Numbered from the stretch's first letter, positions 40,534 to 51,045 are shown. The stretch is 64,000 nt of DNA from Verrucomicrobiota bacterium (GCA_049510745.1 JBEKYR010000020.1:23555-87554); one strand, 5' to 3'. The notes: generated by a model from the letters alone, not told the origin. Program-made: numbers and translations.

Positions 40534-43214
40534 AGCATGGCGTCCACCGCCGGCTCGGGGCTGCCCACGATCGGCAGGAACAGGACAAATTCCGCGCCGC
40601 CGCCGGGGCGGTTGCGCGCCTCGACGCGCCCCCCGTGGGCCTCGACCAGGCCCTTGACAATGGAGAGTCCCAGGCCGGTGCCGCCGGCGGGAGCGCCGGG
40701 GACGCGGTAGAATTTCTCGAAGACGTGCGGCAGGCTTTCCTCGGGCAGACCCGGCCCGCGGTCCGCGACCGAGAGCGCCATCTCGCCGTTGAGGACGGCC
40801 GCCTTGACTTCGACGGTGGTGCCCGGCGGGGTGTAGTTGGCGGCGTTCAGGAGAAGATTGCTGAGGGCCTGCTCGACCAGCACGAAATCCATCTTGACGA
40901 GCGGCAGGGGCTGGGCCAGGGAGAGGGTGACGTGATGTCTGGCCAATTCGCGCTCGTCGCGGCGCAGGGCGACGTTGACGAGATCGGACACGTCGCACCA
41001 TTCCAGGCGGGGCTTGACGTTGCCGGATTCGAGGCGGGTCATGTCAAGCAAATTGCCCACGAGGCGGTTGAGGCGGGCGGCGCTTTCCTGGATCTCCTGG
41101 GTGAGGGTCTGTTGCAAGGGGAGCGGTTCCCTGACCTTGAGTTCGGCCAGGGCGGTGGCGGCGGTGGTGATGGCGGCAATGGGCGTGCGCAATTCGTGGG
41201 AAATGGAGTTGAGCAGCGCCTTGCTCAATTTCTCCGACTCGGCCAGGAGGTGGGCCTGTTGGGACTCGGCATCCAGGCGGAGGCGGTCGAGCACCAGGGC
41301 GGCTTGCCGGGCGAAGGCGCCCAGGAGATCGCGCTGCTCCAAAGTGGGTTGATGATCCCCTTGCAGCGCCACCCCCAGCACGCCCACGGCGCCGCGGTTG
41401 GTTTGGAGCGGCAGATAAATGGCAGAGGAGGCCGGCAGGTTGTCCGTAAACCGGCCGGCCGACTTGCCAAAACGAAAAGCCCACGCGGCCACGCTTTGCT
41501 CCTTTTCCGAGACGGCGAAGGAGCTGGCCGGATGCGCGCTGCGGGCCAGGCCGCCCGCCGGTTCCCGCAGGAGAATGGCGACCTTGGCGTGGAAGGCCTG
41601 CTCCACCTGCCGCACCAACCGCTGCGCCACGTCATCGACGTCGGCGGCGTCGGCCAAATCGCGCGTCAACAAATAGAGCGCCGTCGAACGCTCCTCGCGC
41701 CGCCGCTCGGCCCGCTCCTGCCAGCGAATGCGGGAGACCAGTTGTCCCAGCACCAGGGCGACCACGAAGTACATGCAGAACATCATGACGTCCTCGACAT
41801 TTGTCAAATACAGTGTATAGCGGGGCGGGAGGAAAAAATAATCCCACAGCACGGCGCTGGCCGCGGCCGTGGCCAGCATCGGGCCGCGCCCGATGGCCAG
41901 GGCCGCCAGCACGACCCCCAACAGGTAAACCAAGGCCAGCGCGTGCGGCGGCACCTTGCGGTCCAGCAGAAAGTTCAAAGCGGTGCAAAGCGCGGCCACG
42001 CCCAGGCCGGCCAGATATTGCCAGAGAGGGGAATCGGGGGCGAACGCCGCCCGGCTGTCGGGCTGGGTGCGTTCGACATTTTCGGGGCGCACCACATGGA
42101 CTTCGATATGGCCGCTTTCCCGCACCAGGCGGCGGAGCAGGCGTCCGCCGCGAAACCAGTCGATCGCCCGGTCGCTGCCCGGTTTGCCGACCACGATTTG
42201 AGTGACATTTTGCTGGCGGGCCACCCGCAGCAGGCCGCGGGCAACATCGGTGTCCGCCGTGGTGATGATTTCCGCCCCCAGTTCGCGCGCCAGCGCCAGG
42301 TGGCGGGTGAGGCGTTCCTGGGCCTCGGCCGTCAGCGGCTGGGGCTGCTCGACATAGACGGCGAGCCAGGGGCAATCAAAATTGTCCGCCAGGCGGCGGG
42401 TCCAGCGCACCATGTGCGGGGAAAACGGGCTGGCGCTGACGGCGACGAGCAGGCGATGGCCGGAGCGCCACGGCCCGGTGATTTGCATGGCCTGCAAGTA
42501 GTCATGCACATCCTGGCCGACGTGATCGGCCGCCAGGCGCAGGGCCATCTCGCGCAGGGCGTTGAGATTGCCCTCGCGGAAGAAATTCATCATCGCCTGT
42601 TCGGCCCGTTCGGGCATGTACACCTTCCCCTCGTCCAGCCGCTTGAGGAGGTCTTCGGGCGGCAGGTCGATCAGCTCCATTTCCGCGCCGTCCAGCACGC
42701 TGTCGGGCACGGTTTCCTGGACAGTCGAGCCGGTGATTTGGCGGACGGTATCGACGCGGCTTTCGGCGTGCTGCACGTTCATGGTCGTATAAACGTCGAT
42801 GCCGGCGTCGAGCAGCTCGATGACGTCCTGGAAACGCTTGGCATGGCGGGAGCCGGGGGCGTTGGTGTGGGGCAATTCATCGACCAGGGCCAGTTGGGGG
42901 CGGCGAGCCAGGAGGGCGTCCAGGTCCATTTCCTCGAGGGTGACGCCTCGGTATTCCACTTTACGGCGGGGAATGAGGGGCAAGTCGGCCACCAGCGCGT
43001 CGGTTTCCTTGCGGCCGTGGGTTTCGACGTAGCCGATGACGACATCGACGCCCTCGCGCCGTGCGCGCTGGCCGGCGCGGAGCATGGCGTAGGTCTTGCC
43101 GACACCGGCGGCCATGCCAAGGAAAACCTTGAACTTGCCGCGCTTTGTGGCCGCCTCACTCTTCTGAATCGCCGCCAGCAAAGCATCCGGGTCTGGACGA
43201 ATGTCCTCAGCCAT
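40530..43214 (-). CDS. kdpD: KdpD sensor histidine kinase
   Basis: GMAAGVGKTYAML KdpD domain, USP, 4 TM, GAF, SISHELRTP and GTGLGL. Confidence 0.96.
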   Translation of the reverse strand: MAEDIRPDPDALLAAIQKSEAATKRGKFKVFLGMAAGVGKTYAMLRAGQRARREGVDVVIGYVETHGRKETDALVADLPLIPRRKVEYRGVTLEEMDLDALLARRPQLALVDELPHTNAPGSRHAKRFQDVIELLDAGIDVYTTMNVQHAESRVDTVRQITGSTVQETVPDSVLDGAEMELIDLPPEDLLKRLDEGKVYMPERAEQAMMNFFREGNLNALREMALRLAADHVGQDVHDYLQAMQITGPWRSGHRLLVAVSASPFSPHMVRWTRRLADNFDCPWLAVYVEQPQPLTAEAQERLTRHLALARELGAEIITTADTDVARGLLRVARQQNVTQIVVGKPGSDRAIDWFRGGRLLRRLVRESGHIEVHVVRPENVERTQPDSRAAFAPDSPLWQYLAGLGVAALCTALNFLLDRKVPPHALALVYLLGVVLAALAIGRGPMLATAAASAVLWDYFFLPPRYTLYLTNVEDVMMFCMYFVVALVLGQLVSRIRWQERAERRREERSTALYLLTRDLADAADVDDVAQRLVRQVEQAFHAKVAILLREPAGGLARSAHPASSFAVSEKEQSVAAWAFRFGKSAGRFTDNLPASSAIYLPLQTNRGAVGVLGVALQGDHQPTLEQRDLLGAFARQAALVLDRLRLDAESQQAHLLAESEKLSKALLNSISHELRTPIAAITTAATALAELKVREPLPLQQTLTQEIQESAARLNRLVGNLLDMTRLESGNVKPRLEWCDVSDLVNVALRRDERELARHHVTLSLAQPLPLVKMDFVLVEQALSNLLLNAANYTPPGTTVEVKAAVLNGEMALSVADRGPGLPEESLPHVFEKFYRVPGAPAGGTGLGLSIVKGLVEAHGGRVEARNRPGGGAEFVLFLPIVGSPEPAVDAML

Positions 43215-43297
43215 AGAGGCAATGTAATCAAGCTCCGGCAAAAAGGCAGCTTAAAATGGGGGCGATTGAAAGCGGGGGTGGGTTCGGCGGGCAGGCG

Positions 43298-43490
43298 GGG
43301 CGCATCCCGGTTTTGGCAACAGTATGGCGAATGAGAGATAATGGCTGGCCGCACGCAGGCTGACGAATGACGAATGTCTAAGCACGAATGACGAAGGAAT
43401 GTCCAATGACGAAGCCAAAACGGTCGGGCCGTATTAGTCATTGAGTCATTTGAGCATTCTTTAGGCATTCGCTTCGTCATTCGTCATTTT
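43298..43490 (+). repeat. Direct repeat copy B fused to a (GAATGAC)n/(GTCATTC)n palindromic heptamer array
   Basis: Aligns with 34530-34645 apart from a ~30-bp heptamer expansion; a complementary TCATT array follows. Confidence 0.8.
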
Positions 43491-43627
43491 CCCCGGTCGA
43501 TTGAGGCTGGCGCTCCCGCAGCGTTGACGAGTGTCCAAAAGACGCGCCCTTGGCCAACCGGCTTGATCCCCCTCCCAGGTCCGCAAACGGCTTGACAAAC
43601 CGGGATGGCGTTTGATTAGCTCAAGCA

Positions 43628-44077
43628 ATGAAAGGCTGTTCATTCATTTCCGCGCTGGCCTTAACCGGCATTCTTGTGGGTTGCCGTTCGGGTGAGGGAA
43701 GAATTGTCATCGGCCGTTCAGACAGCATCCGGTTTAAACTGCCCCCGGAGGTTTCGTCCGTAAAACATGAATTCGTAACGCCCTACGGCATTGACGTAAT
43801 AGATATTTCCGATACCAGCCGCCCATTCGTTGTGATTGGTCTTGCGGAAGCCGAGACAACAACGCTTCATGAAGCAGTCGATCGTTTGCGGCAGGAAGCC
43901 TCAAAAATCGGGGGTGATGCCATATTGGATATTCTTCCTGCTCCCGGCGGGAATACGACAATGGGAATTCCGCTGCTCGGCGATCTGAGTTTTAGAGCAG
44001 GCCGTGTTTGGACTGCGAGGGTGATTCGCTGGCTTCCGGCCGGCACAACGTTGAGGTACCCGCCCAATCCCAAATAA
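43628..44077 (+). CDS. Hypothetical lipoprotein (possibly YbjQ-like fold)
   Basis: Lipobox LVG|C; LRQEASKIGGDAIL motif; TTGACA upstream. Confidence 0.65.
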   Translation: MKGCSFISALALTGILVGCRSGEGRIVIGRSDSIRFKLPPEVSSVKHEFVTPYGIDVIDISDTSRPFVVIGLAEAETTTLHEAVDRLRQEASKIGGDAILDILPAPGGNTTMGIPLLGDLSFRAGRVWTARVIRWLPAGTTLRYPPNPK

Positions 44078-44176
44078 TCCTGTTCTTCCTGGTCCCGGCC
44101 TTTTCCTCGGGGGGATTACGACTATGAACAGGAGGGGAAGAATTGTTTATACAGATTTGCCTTGCGGGGTGTCTAT

Positions 44177-44767
44177 ATGTTGAAATGGCAGGAGCAAAGC
44201 AATGTTGCTGACACTCGCGTGAACGCACCGGAACTCAACGGCGCCTGGTGCCAGCCGCTCTACGAAGAGAAAGCGGCGGGGCTGCTCCTGTATGGGCGCG
44301 CCCTGGGCCTGAGCCACGGCGAAGCGGAAGATGTCCTGCAAGAGACATTTCTGGCCCTGCTGCAATTGCGGGCCAAACCGGAGGACCCCGGCCATTACTG
44401 CCTGCGGGCCTTCCGCAATCGGGCGCTCAATCATCACCGCGGCGTCTGGCGGCGTCTGGTCCGCGAGTGGGAGTCGGTCCGCTGGTTCGAGCGCGGCTCG
44501 GCGCAGGACGAGGCGGAAGCGGAGGCGATGCGCCAGTTGGCGAACCTCCCGCCGGAGCAGCGCGAGGTGATTGTGCTGAAAATTTGGAACGGGATGACGT
44601 TTGAGACCCTGGGACGCTTGCTGGGAGTGTCGCCCAACACCGTGGCCGGACGTTACCGCTATGGCATCAATAAATTGAAATCTTCCATGAAAGGAAGCGC
44701 GTATGGACGAGATGAACCAGTTCGAGAAACAATTGCAATCCTGGACGCCCCGCCGCCCGTCATCTAA
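44177..44767 (+). CDS. ECF sigma factor
   Basis: AEDVLQETFL (region 2) and LPPEQREVIVLK...GVSPNTVAGRYRYG (region 4); start uncertain (44162/44177/44219). Confidence 0.9.
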   Translation: MLKWQEQSNVADTRVNAPELNGAWCQPLYEEKAAGLLLYGRALGLSHGEAEDVLQETFLALLQLRAKPEDPGHYCLRAFRNRALNHHRGVWRRLVREWESVRWFERGSAQDEAEAEAMRQLANLPPEQREVIVLKIWNGMTFETLGRLLGVSPNTVAGRYRYGINKLKSSMKGSAYGRDEPVRETIAILDAPPPVI

Positions 44768-45122
44768 GGTGGCCCGGCGGCTCTTTGGCGTGGCGGGACA
44801 GGCGGCGACGCTGCCGCAGCGGACCGCCACCTGGAATTGGCTGGCCCCCCTGGCCGCCTGCGCCTTGACGATGCTCGTGGCCGTTCACACAGCCAGCCGC
44901 GCCTCCGCGCCCCTGGCCAGCCGGAACAACGGCGCCTCCCTTTTTACCTTCATGCTGGACGCGGCCACGTCCTCCAACTTCGCCACCTATTCCCTGAGCC
45001 AGATGGATGAGAACATGGAATGGAACGTCTGGCCGCACGCCAGTCATCGCGTGTCCTGGATGCCCCGGGCGCAATCGCCTGCGCGCCTGGATGTCTTCAA
45101 CGTGATCCCCACCAACCGGTAG
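44703..45122 (+). CDS. Putative membrane anti-sigma factor
   Basis: Overlaps the ECF gene; FEKQLQSWTPRRPS N-terminus and one TM helix. Confidence 0.65.
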   Translation: MDEMNQFEKQLQSWTPRRPSSKVARRLFGVAGQAATLPQRTATWNWLAPLAACALTMLVAVHTASRASAPLASRNNGASLFTFMLDAATSSNFATYSLSQMDENMEWNVWPHASHRVSWMPRAQSPARLDVFNVIPTNR

Positions 45123-45133
45123 CCGCCACACCC

Positions 45134-48100
45134 ATGAACGGCGATACGGAACAACCGGCACAGAAGCCGGAGCGGCCCTCCTTTGTGGCGCGATTTTACC
45201 GGCCGATTGACTGGTGGACGTGCGGAGTCACGGCGGTGGTGATCTTTATCGGCTATTTCCTGACGATGTCGCCGGACGTGACGCTGGAGGATTCCGGCGA
45301 ATTGGCCACCGGCTCGATGTACGCCGGGGTGCCGCATCCGCCGGGTTACCCGGTTTGGACGGTGGTGACCTGGCTGTTTACCAAACTGGTTCCCGTATCG
45401 ACCATTGCTTACCGGGTTGCCCTGGCCTCGGCCGTTGCGGCCGCGCTGGCGTGCGGCCTGCTGGCGATGATCGTCTCGCGCGGCAGCAGCCTGATGCTGC
45501 AAGCCATGGCCGGCCTGCGAGAGCTTGAGCCGCGGCGGGAAAACGCGCTCTGCGCCGTGGCGGGCTTCGTCTCGGCGATGCTGCTGGGTTACAACGGGTT
45601 CATGTGGAGCCAGGCCGTTATCGTCGAGGTTTATCCGCTGAGCGTCTTGTCTTTTGTCGCCATGCTCTCGTGCCTGTTGCGGTGGATTTACGCGCCGGGC
45701 CAGCGGCGCTGGCTTTATTGGGCGGCGTTTCTCTTCGGCGTCTGCATCACCAACCACCAGACGCTGCTGGTGGCGGCGATGGGGGTGGAGATCGCCGTCA
45801 TCGCCGGACAACCGAAATTGGGCCGGGACCTCCTGGCCGTCAATACGATTTGCTGGCTGGGGGGGCTTTTTCTCAAGGCCAACCACGCCATTGCGGCGTT
45901 CGAGACGGCGCCCGGCAGCGCCGGCGTCAACGTCATCTTCGTTATTTTCAACCTCGTCGGCCTGCTCTCCCTGGGCGGGCTGGTGGCGCTGGTCTTCAAA
46001 ACCCGCGGGCTTCTAACGGAATGGAAACCGCTGCTGGCGATGGTGGCGCTCTGGGGGGCCGGAGTGGGGCTTTATTTTTACATGCCGCTGGCGTCGATGA
46101 CCAATCCGCCGATGAATTGGGGCTATCCGCGCACGGTCGATGGCTTCTTCCATGTCCTCTCGCGCGGCCAGTACAACAAGATCGATCCGACCAATTTCCT
46201 GCATGACCCGGGCCGTTTGCTGGACCAGACGATAATGTATTTCTCCGGCGCGGCCGACGAGTTCACTTTTGTTTATCTGCTGCTGGCGCTGGCGCCGTTC
46301 GGCTTCCTGCTCAAAATGCGGGACCGGGAGCGGGCGTGGATGATCGGGTTGGCCGGGGTTTTTGCCTGCCTGGCGTTCCTGCTCATGATCCTGCTCAATC
46401 CCTCGCCCGACCGCCAAACCCAGTCGCTGGTCAAAGTCTTCTTCACCTCGTCCTACGTGCCGGTGGCGATCTGGATCGGATACGGGTTGAGTTTGATCGG
46501 GGCGTGGCTGGCGTGCGATTACCAGCGGTGCCGTTTCTGGGCGATGATCGGGGCCGGGGCGCTGCTGGCAGTGGCCTTGGTGGAATTGGTGGAAAGCATC
46601 CTGCATGCCTTCGTCGGTCTGGACGCGCATGTCCAGGATGTGCCGGGGTGCGAAGGGGTTTTCGGAGCGTTTTCGGTCCTGGCATTTGGGGGGCGGCATT
46701 TGCTCGAGCGCGGGCTTGGCTCGCTGCCCGTTTGGGGTTCGCTGCTGGTCCTGGCGGTGGTGCTGTCTTTTTTCGTGACGCTGTTTTTCGCCCGGCAGAA
46801 GGTGTGCCTGGGCTGGATTCTGGCGCTCTTTGCCGTGGCGCCGCTGGCGTCGGTCATTTCCCATTGGGCCGACAATGAGCAGCGCGGCCACCGTTTTGGC
46901 TTTTGGTTCGGGCACGACATGTTTTCGCCCCCCTTCCGGCTCTACCCGGAAATGGAGCGCGACGCGGTGCTCTTTGGCGGGACCGATCCGGGCCGGTTCT
47001 GCCCGACCTACATGATTTTCTGCGAGAGTTTCATCCCGCCGCAAAAGCGCCTCGAATCCCATTTCGACCGCCGCGATGTCTATCTCATTACCCAGAACGC
47101 CCTGGCCGACGGGGCCTACCTGAACTACATCCGGGCGCATTACAACCGGAGCGCGCAGACCGATCCGCCCTTCTTCCAGAACTTTCTGCCCTATGTTTTT
47201 CCGACGGTTTTTCACCAGCCCACAGCCTGGCTGAATTGGCTGGACGCCATTTTTGAAACGATCGGGGCCAAAGTCGAACGATCCCGCCGCACCGGCACGT
47301 CCTGGTTCCACGAGGACGATTTCCTGCGCGCGCAAAGCTTCGCGGCGAAATTGCGCGGCGACGATCCGCGCGATGCGCTGGCCCGATTCCTCCACAACAA
47401 ACTCAGTCCGCAAACCCAGGCCCTCCTTTCCGGCAACGCCTCTGAAGCCGCCCTGCGCCGCGCGCTGGCGCGCGATTTGAATGCCGTTTTGCGCGGCAGC
47501 TCGGTTTTTTCCGCGGACCGCTTTGTCAACATCCGGCTGCCCGTCTTGCTGCGGGCGGCGGCGCAGGAAACGCAGTTGCCGAGCACGGTCGTCCGCCTCA
47601 ACCGGCGCCTGCTGGAGGAAGCTTACCCCGCCGAGATCGCCCGCAGCCCGGGCGGGGTTTTCCCCGACACCGAAATCCACACGCCGACGGGCGACGACTC
47701 GCAAGCCTGCTATAACCAATACATCGCCGACGCCCTGCGGCGCCTGCAGCACGACCGGAACTTTCCCAAGGAGCCGCCCCAGGTGCAGCCGGGCGAGATG
47801 GTGCAGGAGTCCGGAGGGCGGGTGCAGGTCGGGGGCCAGGTTTCGATTTTTGCCATCAACGGGTTGCTGGCAAAGGTTATATTTGACCGAAACCCGGACC
47901 ACGAATTCTACGTCGAGGAAAGTCTTCCGCTGGTCTGGATGTATCCCTACCTGACGCCTTTCGGCATCATCATGAAGGTCAACCGCCAGCCGCTGGCCGA
48001 GATCACGCCGGAGACGGTGGACAGGGACCATGCTTTTTGGTGCCGGTACTCGGCGCGGCTGACCGGGGATTGGATCACCTACGACACCAGCGTCACGGAC

Positions 48101-48916
48101 CTGTGCGCCTTTGTCGAAAGAATCTATTTGCAGCACGACACCCGGGGGTTTGGCGGCGACCCGGCGTTTCTGCGGGACGACGACGCGCAAAAATCGTTTG
48201 CTAAGTTGCGCAGCTCCATTGGCGGCCTTTACCAATGGCGGATCGATCACTCCACCGCGCCGGCGCAACAACAGCGGATGATCCGGGAAGCCGAGTTCGC
48301 GTTCAAACAGGCCTTTGCCTATTGTCCCTACAACGGCGAAGCGCTCTTTCATTACGTGCAGTTGCTTTTGCGCGCCAATCGCGCCGCCGACGCCATCCGT
48401 CTGGCCGAAACGGCGTTGAAGCTGGACCCTTACAACGCCCAGACGGCGGGGCTGTTGCGGAATCTGCGGGAAAACAGCAAGGGGGTGACGATGACGGCGG
48501 AGGCCTTTGTCGGCGAGATTCAAAAAGCCCTGGACGCGCACCACAACGAGCAGGCGGTTCAAATGCTCGATCAGCTTCTGAACCTGCCGCAGGCCGGCAG
48601 CGCGGTGTTGATGCAGGTCGCGCAGCTTTACGCGCAGGCGGGCGCCCTGGCCAAGGCGGAGGAAGCGATGGCGAAAACTGTCAAACTGGAGCCGTCTTCC
48701 CCGGCCAACTGGTACAATCTGGCCACCATTCAGGCTGCGGAGGGGAAAGCCGCTCCGGCAGTCGAGTCCCTCAAGCGGGCGTTTGCCCTGAATGCCGCCG
48801 AACTGGCGGTCAATAGCAACGCCCTGAACCTGGCCAGTTACGTTCGCACCGACCCCAACTTCGACCGGATTCGCCAAGCCCCCGAATTCAAGGAAGCGGT
48901 GAAGGCAGTCCCGTAA
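45134..48916 (+). CDS. DUF2723 / TMEM260-like multi-pass glycosyltransferase with C-terminal TPRs
   Basis: EDSGEL and HPPGYP motifs, MWSQAVIVEVY, many TM helices, C-terminal TPR-like helices. Confidence 0.85.
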   Translation: MNGDTEQPAQKPERPSFVARFYRPIDWWTCGVTAVVIFIGYFLTMSPDVTLEDSGELATGSMYAGVPHPPGYPVWTVVTWLFTKLVPVSTIAYRVALASAVAAALACGLLAMIVSRGSSLMLQAMAGLRELEPRRENALCAVAGFVSAMLLGYNGFMWSQAVIVEVYPLSVLSFVAMLSCLLRWIYAPGQRRWLYWAAFLFGVCITNHQTLLVAAMGVEIAVIAGQPKLGRDLLAVNTICWLGGLFLKANHAIAAFETAPGSAGVNVIFVIFNLVGLLSLGGLVALVFKTRGLLTEWKPLLAMVALWGAGVGLYFYMPLASMTNPPMNWGYPRTVDGFFHVLSRGQYNKIDPTNFLHDPGRLLDQTIMYFSGAADEFTFVYLLLALAPFGFLLKMRDRERAWMIGLAGVFACLAFLLMILLNPSPDRQTQSLVKVFFTSSYVPVAIWIGYGLSLIGAWLACDYQRCRFWAMIGAGALLAVALVELVESILHAFVGLDAHVQDVPGCEGVFGAFSVLAFGGRHLLERGLGSLPVWGSLLVLAVVLSFFVTLFFARQKVCLGWILALFAVAPLASVISHWADNEQRGHRFGFWFGHDMFSPPFRLYPEMERDAVLFGGTDPGRFCPTYMIFCESFIPPQKRLESHFDRRDVYLITQNALADGAYLNYIRAHYNRSAQTDPPFFQNFLPYVFPTVFHQPTAWLNWLDAIFETIGAKVERSRRTGTSWFHEDDFLRAQSFAAKLRGDDPRDALARFLHNKLSPQTQALLSGNASEAALRRALARDLNAVLRGSSVFSADRFVNIRLPVLLRAAAQETQLPSTVVRLNRRLLEEAYPAEIARSPGGVFPDTEIHTPTGDDSQACYNQYIADALRRLQHDRNFPKEPPQVQPGEMVQESGGRVQVGGQVSIFAINGLLAKVIFDRNPDHEFYVEESLPLVWMYPYLTPFGIIMKVNRQPLAEITPETVDRDHAFWCRYSARLTGDWITYDTSVTDLCAFVERIYLQHDTRGFGGDPAFLRDDDAQKSFAKLRSSIGGLYQWRIDHSTAPAQQQRMIREAEFAFKQAFAYCPYNGEALFHYVQLLLRANRAADAIRLAETALKLDPYNAQTAGLLRNLRENSKGVTMTAEAFVGEIQKALDAHHNEQAVQMLDQLLNLPQAGSAVLMQVAQLYAQAGALAKAEEAMAKTVKLEPSSPANWYNLATIQAAEGKAAPAVESLKRAFALNAAELAVNSNALNLASYVRTDPNFDRIRQAPEFKEAVKAVP

Positions 48917-49012
48917 CATGCCCGGATTTCGCACCTGAATAAACCTCTCTCCAAAAATTGAGAGGGGAATGCTTTCGGCCAGAAGCCGGAGAGGCGGGGC
49001 GGCCAGGCGGGA

Positions 49013-50164
49013 TTACGGCCTCTTCAGCCCCAGCACCAGCAGGATCAAGTCAATTATAAACAACAGGACGATCGTCACTTCCAGCGTCAGCATCCAGCGG
49101 TTGGTGCGGTCCAGGTTGAGCAGTTGGTAGAGGTTGTCCAGCGTCTTGAGTTTCTCGTCAATGGTCCGGTGCCAGTCGGCGAGGTGGAAGCGGGCGGAAA
49201 TGTTCTCGTAGATGCGCGCCACGTGCCAGTCGCCGAAGAATTTGGTGATGTTGGACAATTCGTCGCTGAAGCGCGCCAGGTCGATGCGGATTTCGCGCAG
49301 TTCGCGCATGATTTCATTGCGGCGGCGCGGCCGCTGGGTCAGGTCGCGGTAGGAACGCTCCAGGGCGGCGTCCAAGATGCGGTCGTAAGCCTCCAATTCG
49401 GCCAGTTGCAGATTGGCCAGTTCCAAAACGTACAGGATTTCGTCCATCTGCCCCGGCTCTTCGATGATCAGGGCCGCGTCCCAGTCCAACACCGCCAGGT
49501 CGTTTTCGTAATAGCTCAGGTAGCGGCCGGTCGATTCGTCCGCTTCCTGGCGCGAGAGTTGGTTGACGTCGGTTTCCTGCGTGAGCAGGGCGGCGACTTC
49601 GCGCCGGTGCTGGTGCAGCCAGTCTTCCGCGCTCAAGGGCCGCCCGTCCTCGGCCATCAGCGGCGCGTCAATACAAAAGACGGTGTAGGCCTCGTCCTCC
49701 GCCAGGTGCGGGGCCGGTTTGACCAGGAGCGGGGCCAGCTCGCGCCGGGCTTCCTCGGCCAATTGCCGCACTTCCTGGCTGAGCACGCCGTTGGAGAATT
49801 CCAGGTCGTGATACGCCACCAGGTCTTCAATGGACGCCACCTCGAAAGGCACCGAGACGGTGATGCTCAAGGCCCCGACCGGCAGGAACTTGAGAGTGCG
49901 CTCGATGCGCACGGGGCCGTTGGGGCCGATCCGCTCCAGCGGCGGCAGGCGCACCATCTGCGGCCGGAAAAAAAACAGGTGGCGCGGATTGCGGTGGCTG
50001 GTATCGACGGAGAATTGAGCCACCGGCTGGCCGAGCAACTGCGTCAGCGGCTGGCGCGCCATCTCGTAGGCGACATCAAAGGCGTAAATGTAAATGGCGC
50101 GCCCGGCGTAACGCTTGACGCCGCGCGGGGTTTTGCTGGTCGGTTCCGGCACGGGCGATACCAT
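49013..50164 (-). CDS. RMD1/DUF155-like membrane protein
   Basis: LDWDAALI, ELANLQLAEL and RFHLADW motifs; C-terminal TM LEVTIVLLFIIDL. Confidence 0.7.
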   Translation of the reverse strand: MVSPVPEPTSKTPRGVKRYAGRAIYIYAFDVAYEMARQPLTQLLGQPVAQFSVDTSHRNPRHLFFFRPQMVRLPPLERIGPNGPVRIERTLKFLPVGALSITVSVPFEVASIEDLVAYHDLEFSNGVLSQEVRQLAEEARRELAPLLVKPAPHLAEDEAYTVFCIDAPLMAEDGRPLSAEDWLHQHRREVAALLTQETDVNQLSRQEADESTGRYLSYYENDLAVLDWDAALIIEEPGQMDEILYVLELANLQLAELEAYDRILDAALERSYRDLTQRPRRRNEIMRELREIRIDLARFSDELSNITKFFGDWHVARIYENISARFHLADWHRTIDEKLKTLDNLYQLLNLDRTNRWMLTLEVTIVLLFIIDLILLVLGLKRP

Positions 50165-50410
50165 ACAGCAACGTAAGCCAGCGGGAAAGGGTTGTCTATC
50201 TGACCTTTGGCTCCGGTTCCATTGTCGTGGCGAACTTTGTCCATCGTGAAGAAGTTTTAACACAAACGAAACAGAGAAAAGAGCCCGTTAAATGAACGCT
50301 TGCATCTGGAAAAGCGTCCATTAGGATACTGTGGAATGCAGCTTGCTAATGATGCATTCCGAGAAGGGGCGCGCAAGCGGTCCCTTTTCCTGAAACCTGT
50401 GAAACTTAAT

Positions 50411-50740
50411 ATGAAAATGAAGAAAAGCACGGTGAAAGCCGTCCTGAAACCGACCGTTCAAAACGTTCAAACCCCTAATTCCGCCGCTGTGACCACCATC
50501 GATGTCAAAATGGATGTGGGCTTCGGCAACGCCATCTTTCTGCGCGGGCAAGGCTCCGGCCTGACCTGGGACCGCGGCATCCCGCTGGTGTGCGTGGATG
50601 GCACGACTTGGCGCTGGTCGCAAGCTGTGACCGACCCGATCACGTTCAAAATCCTCCTCAACGACAAAGTCTGGTCCGCCGGAAAGGACCTGACGGTGGC
50701 TCCGGGCCAAAAATTAGAGGTGGCCCCCAGCTTCGCGTAA
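50411..50740 (+). CDS. Small protein with a CBM20-like beta-sandwich domain
   Basis: DVGFGNAIFLRGQGSGLTWDRG...FKILLND..W after a basic N-terminus. Confidence 0.65.
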   Translation: MKMKKSTVKAVLKPTVQNVQTPNSAAVTTIDVKMDVGFGNAIFLRGQGSGLTWDRGIPLVCVDGTTWRWSQAVTDPITFKILLNDKVWSAGKDLTVAPGQKLEVAPSFA

Positions 50741-50871
50741 GAGGCCGCAAGGCTGATTTCCGTCGTTTAACTCCTTCGCGCCGCCGTTCCAGGCCGGTTT
50801 TTTTGCCGGCCGCGGAACGGAAGGGAGGAGTGTCGTCAAAATCAGCACGATTTTGCGCCCCAACTTATTTT

Positions 50872-51045
50872 TTTACTCCGTTTCGCTCCGTTTCGCTCCG
50901 TTTTAGTCCATCTTACTCCGTTTTAGCCTCAAACCGATGATCGGTTGCTGACGTTTTCCTTTGACGGGCATGAAAAATAAAAAAAGTACTCGGTTTTACT
51001 CAGTTTTACTCGGTTTTAGTCCGTCATGTTCCGTTTTGGCCTCAA
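50872..51045. repeat. Two arrays of six 10-bp degenerate tandem repeats
   Basis: (TTTACTCCGT/TTCGCTCCGT)n at ~50872-50932 and (TTTACTCGGT)n at ~50985-51044; both end in GCCTCAA. Confidence 0.8.
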
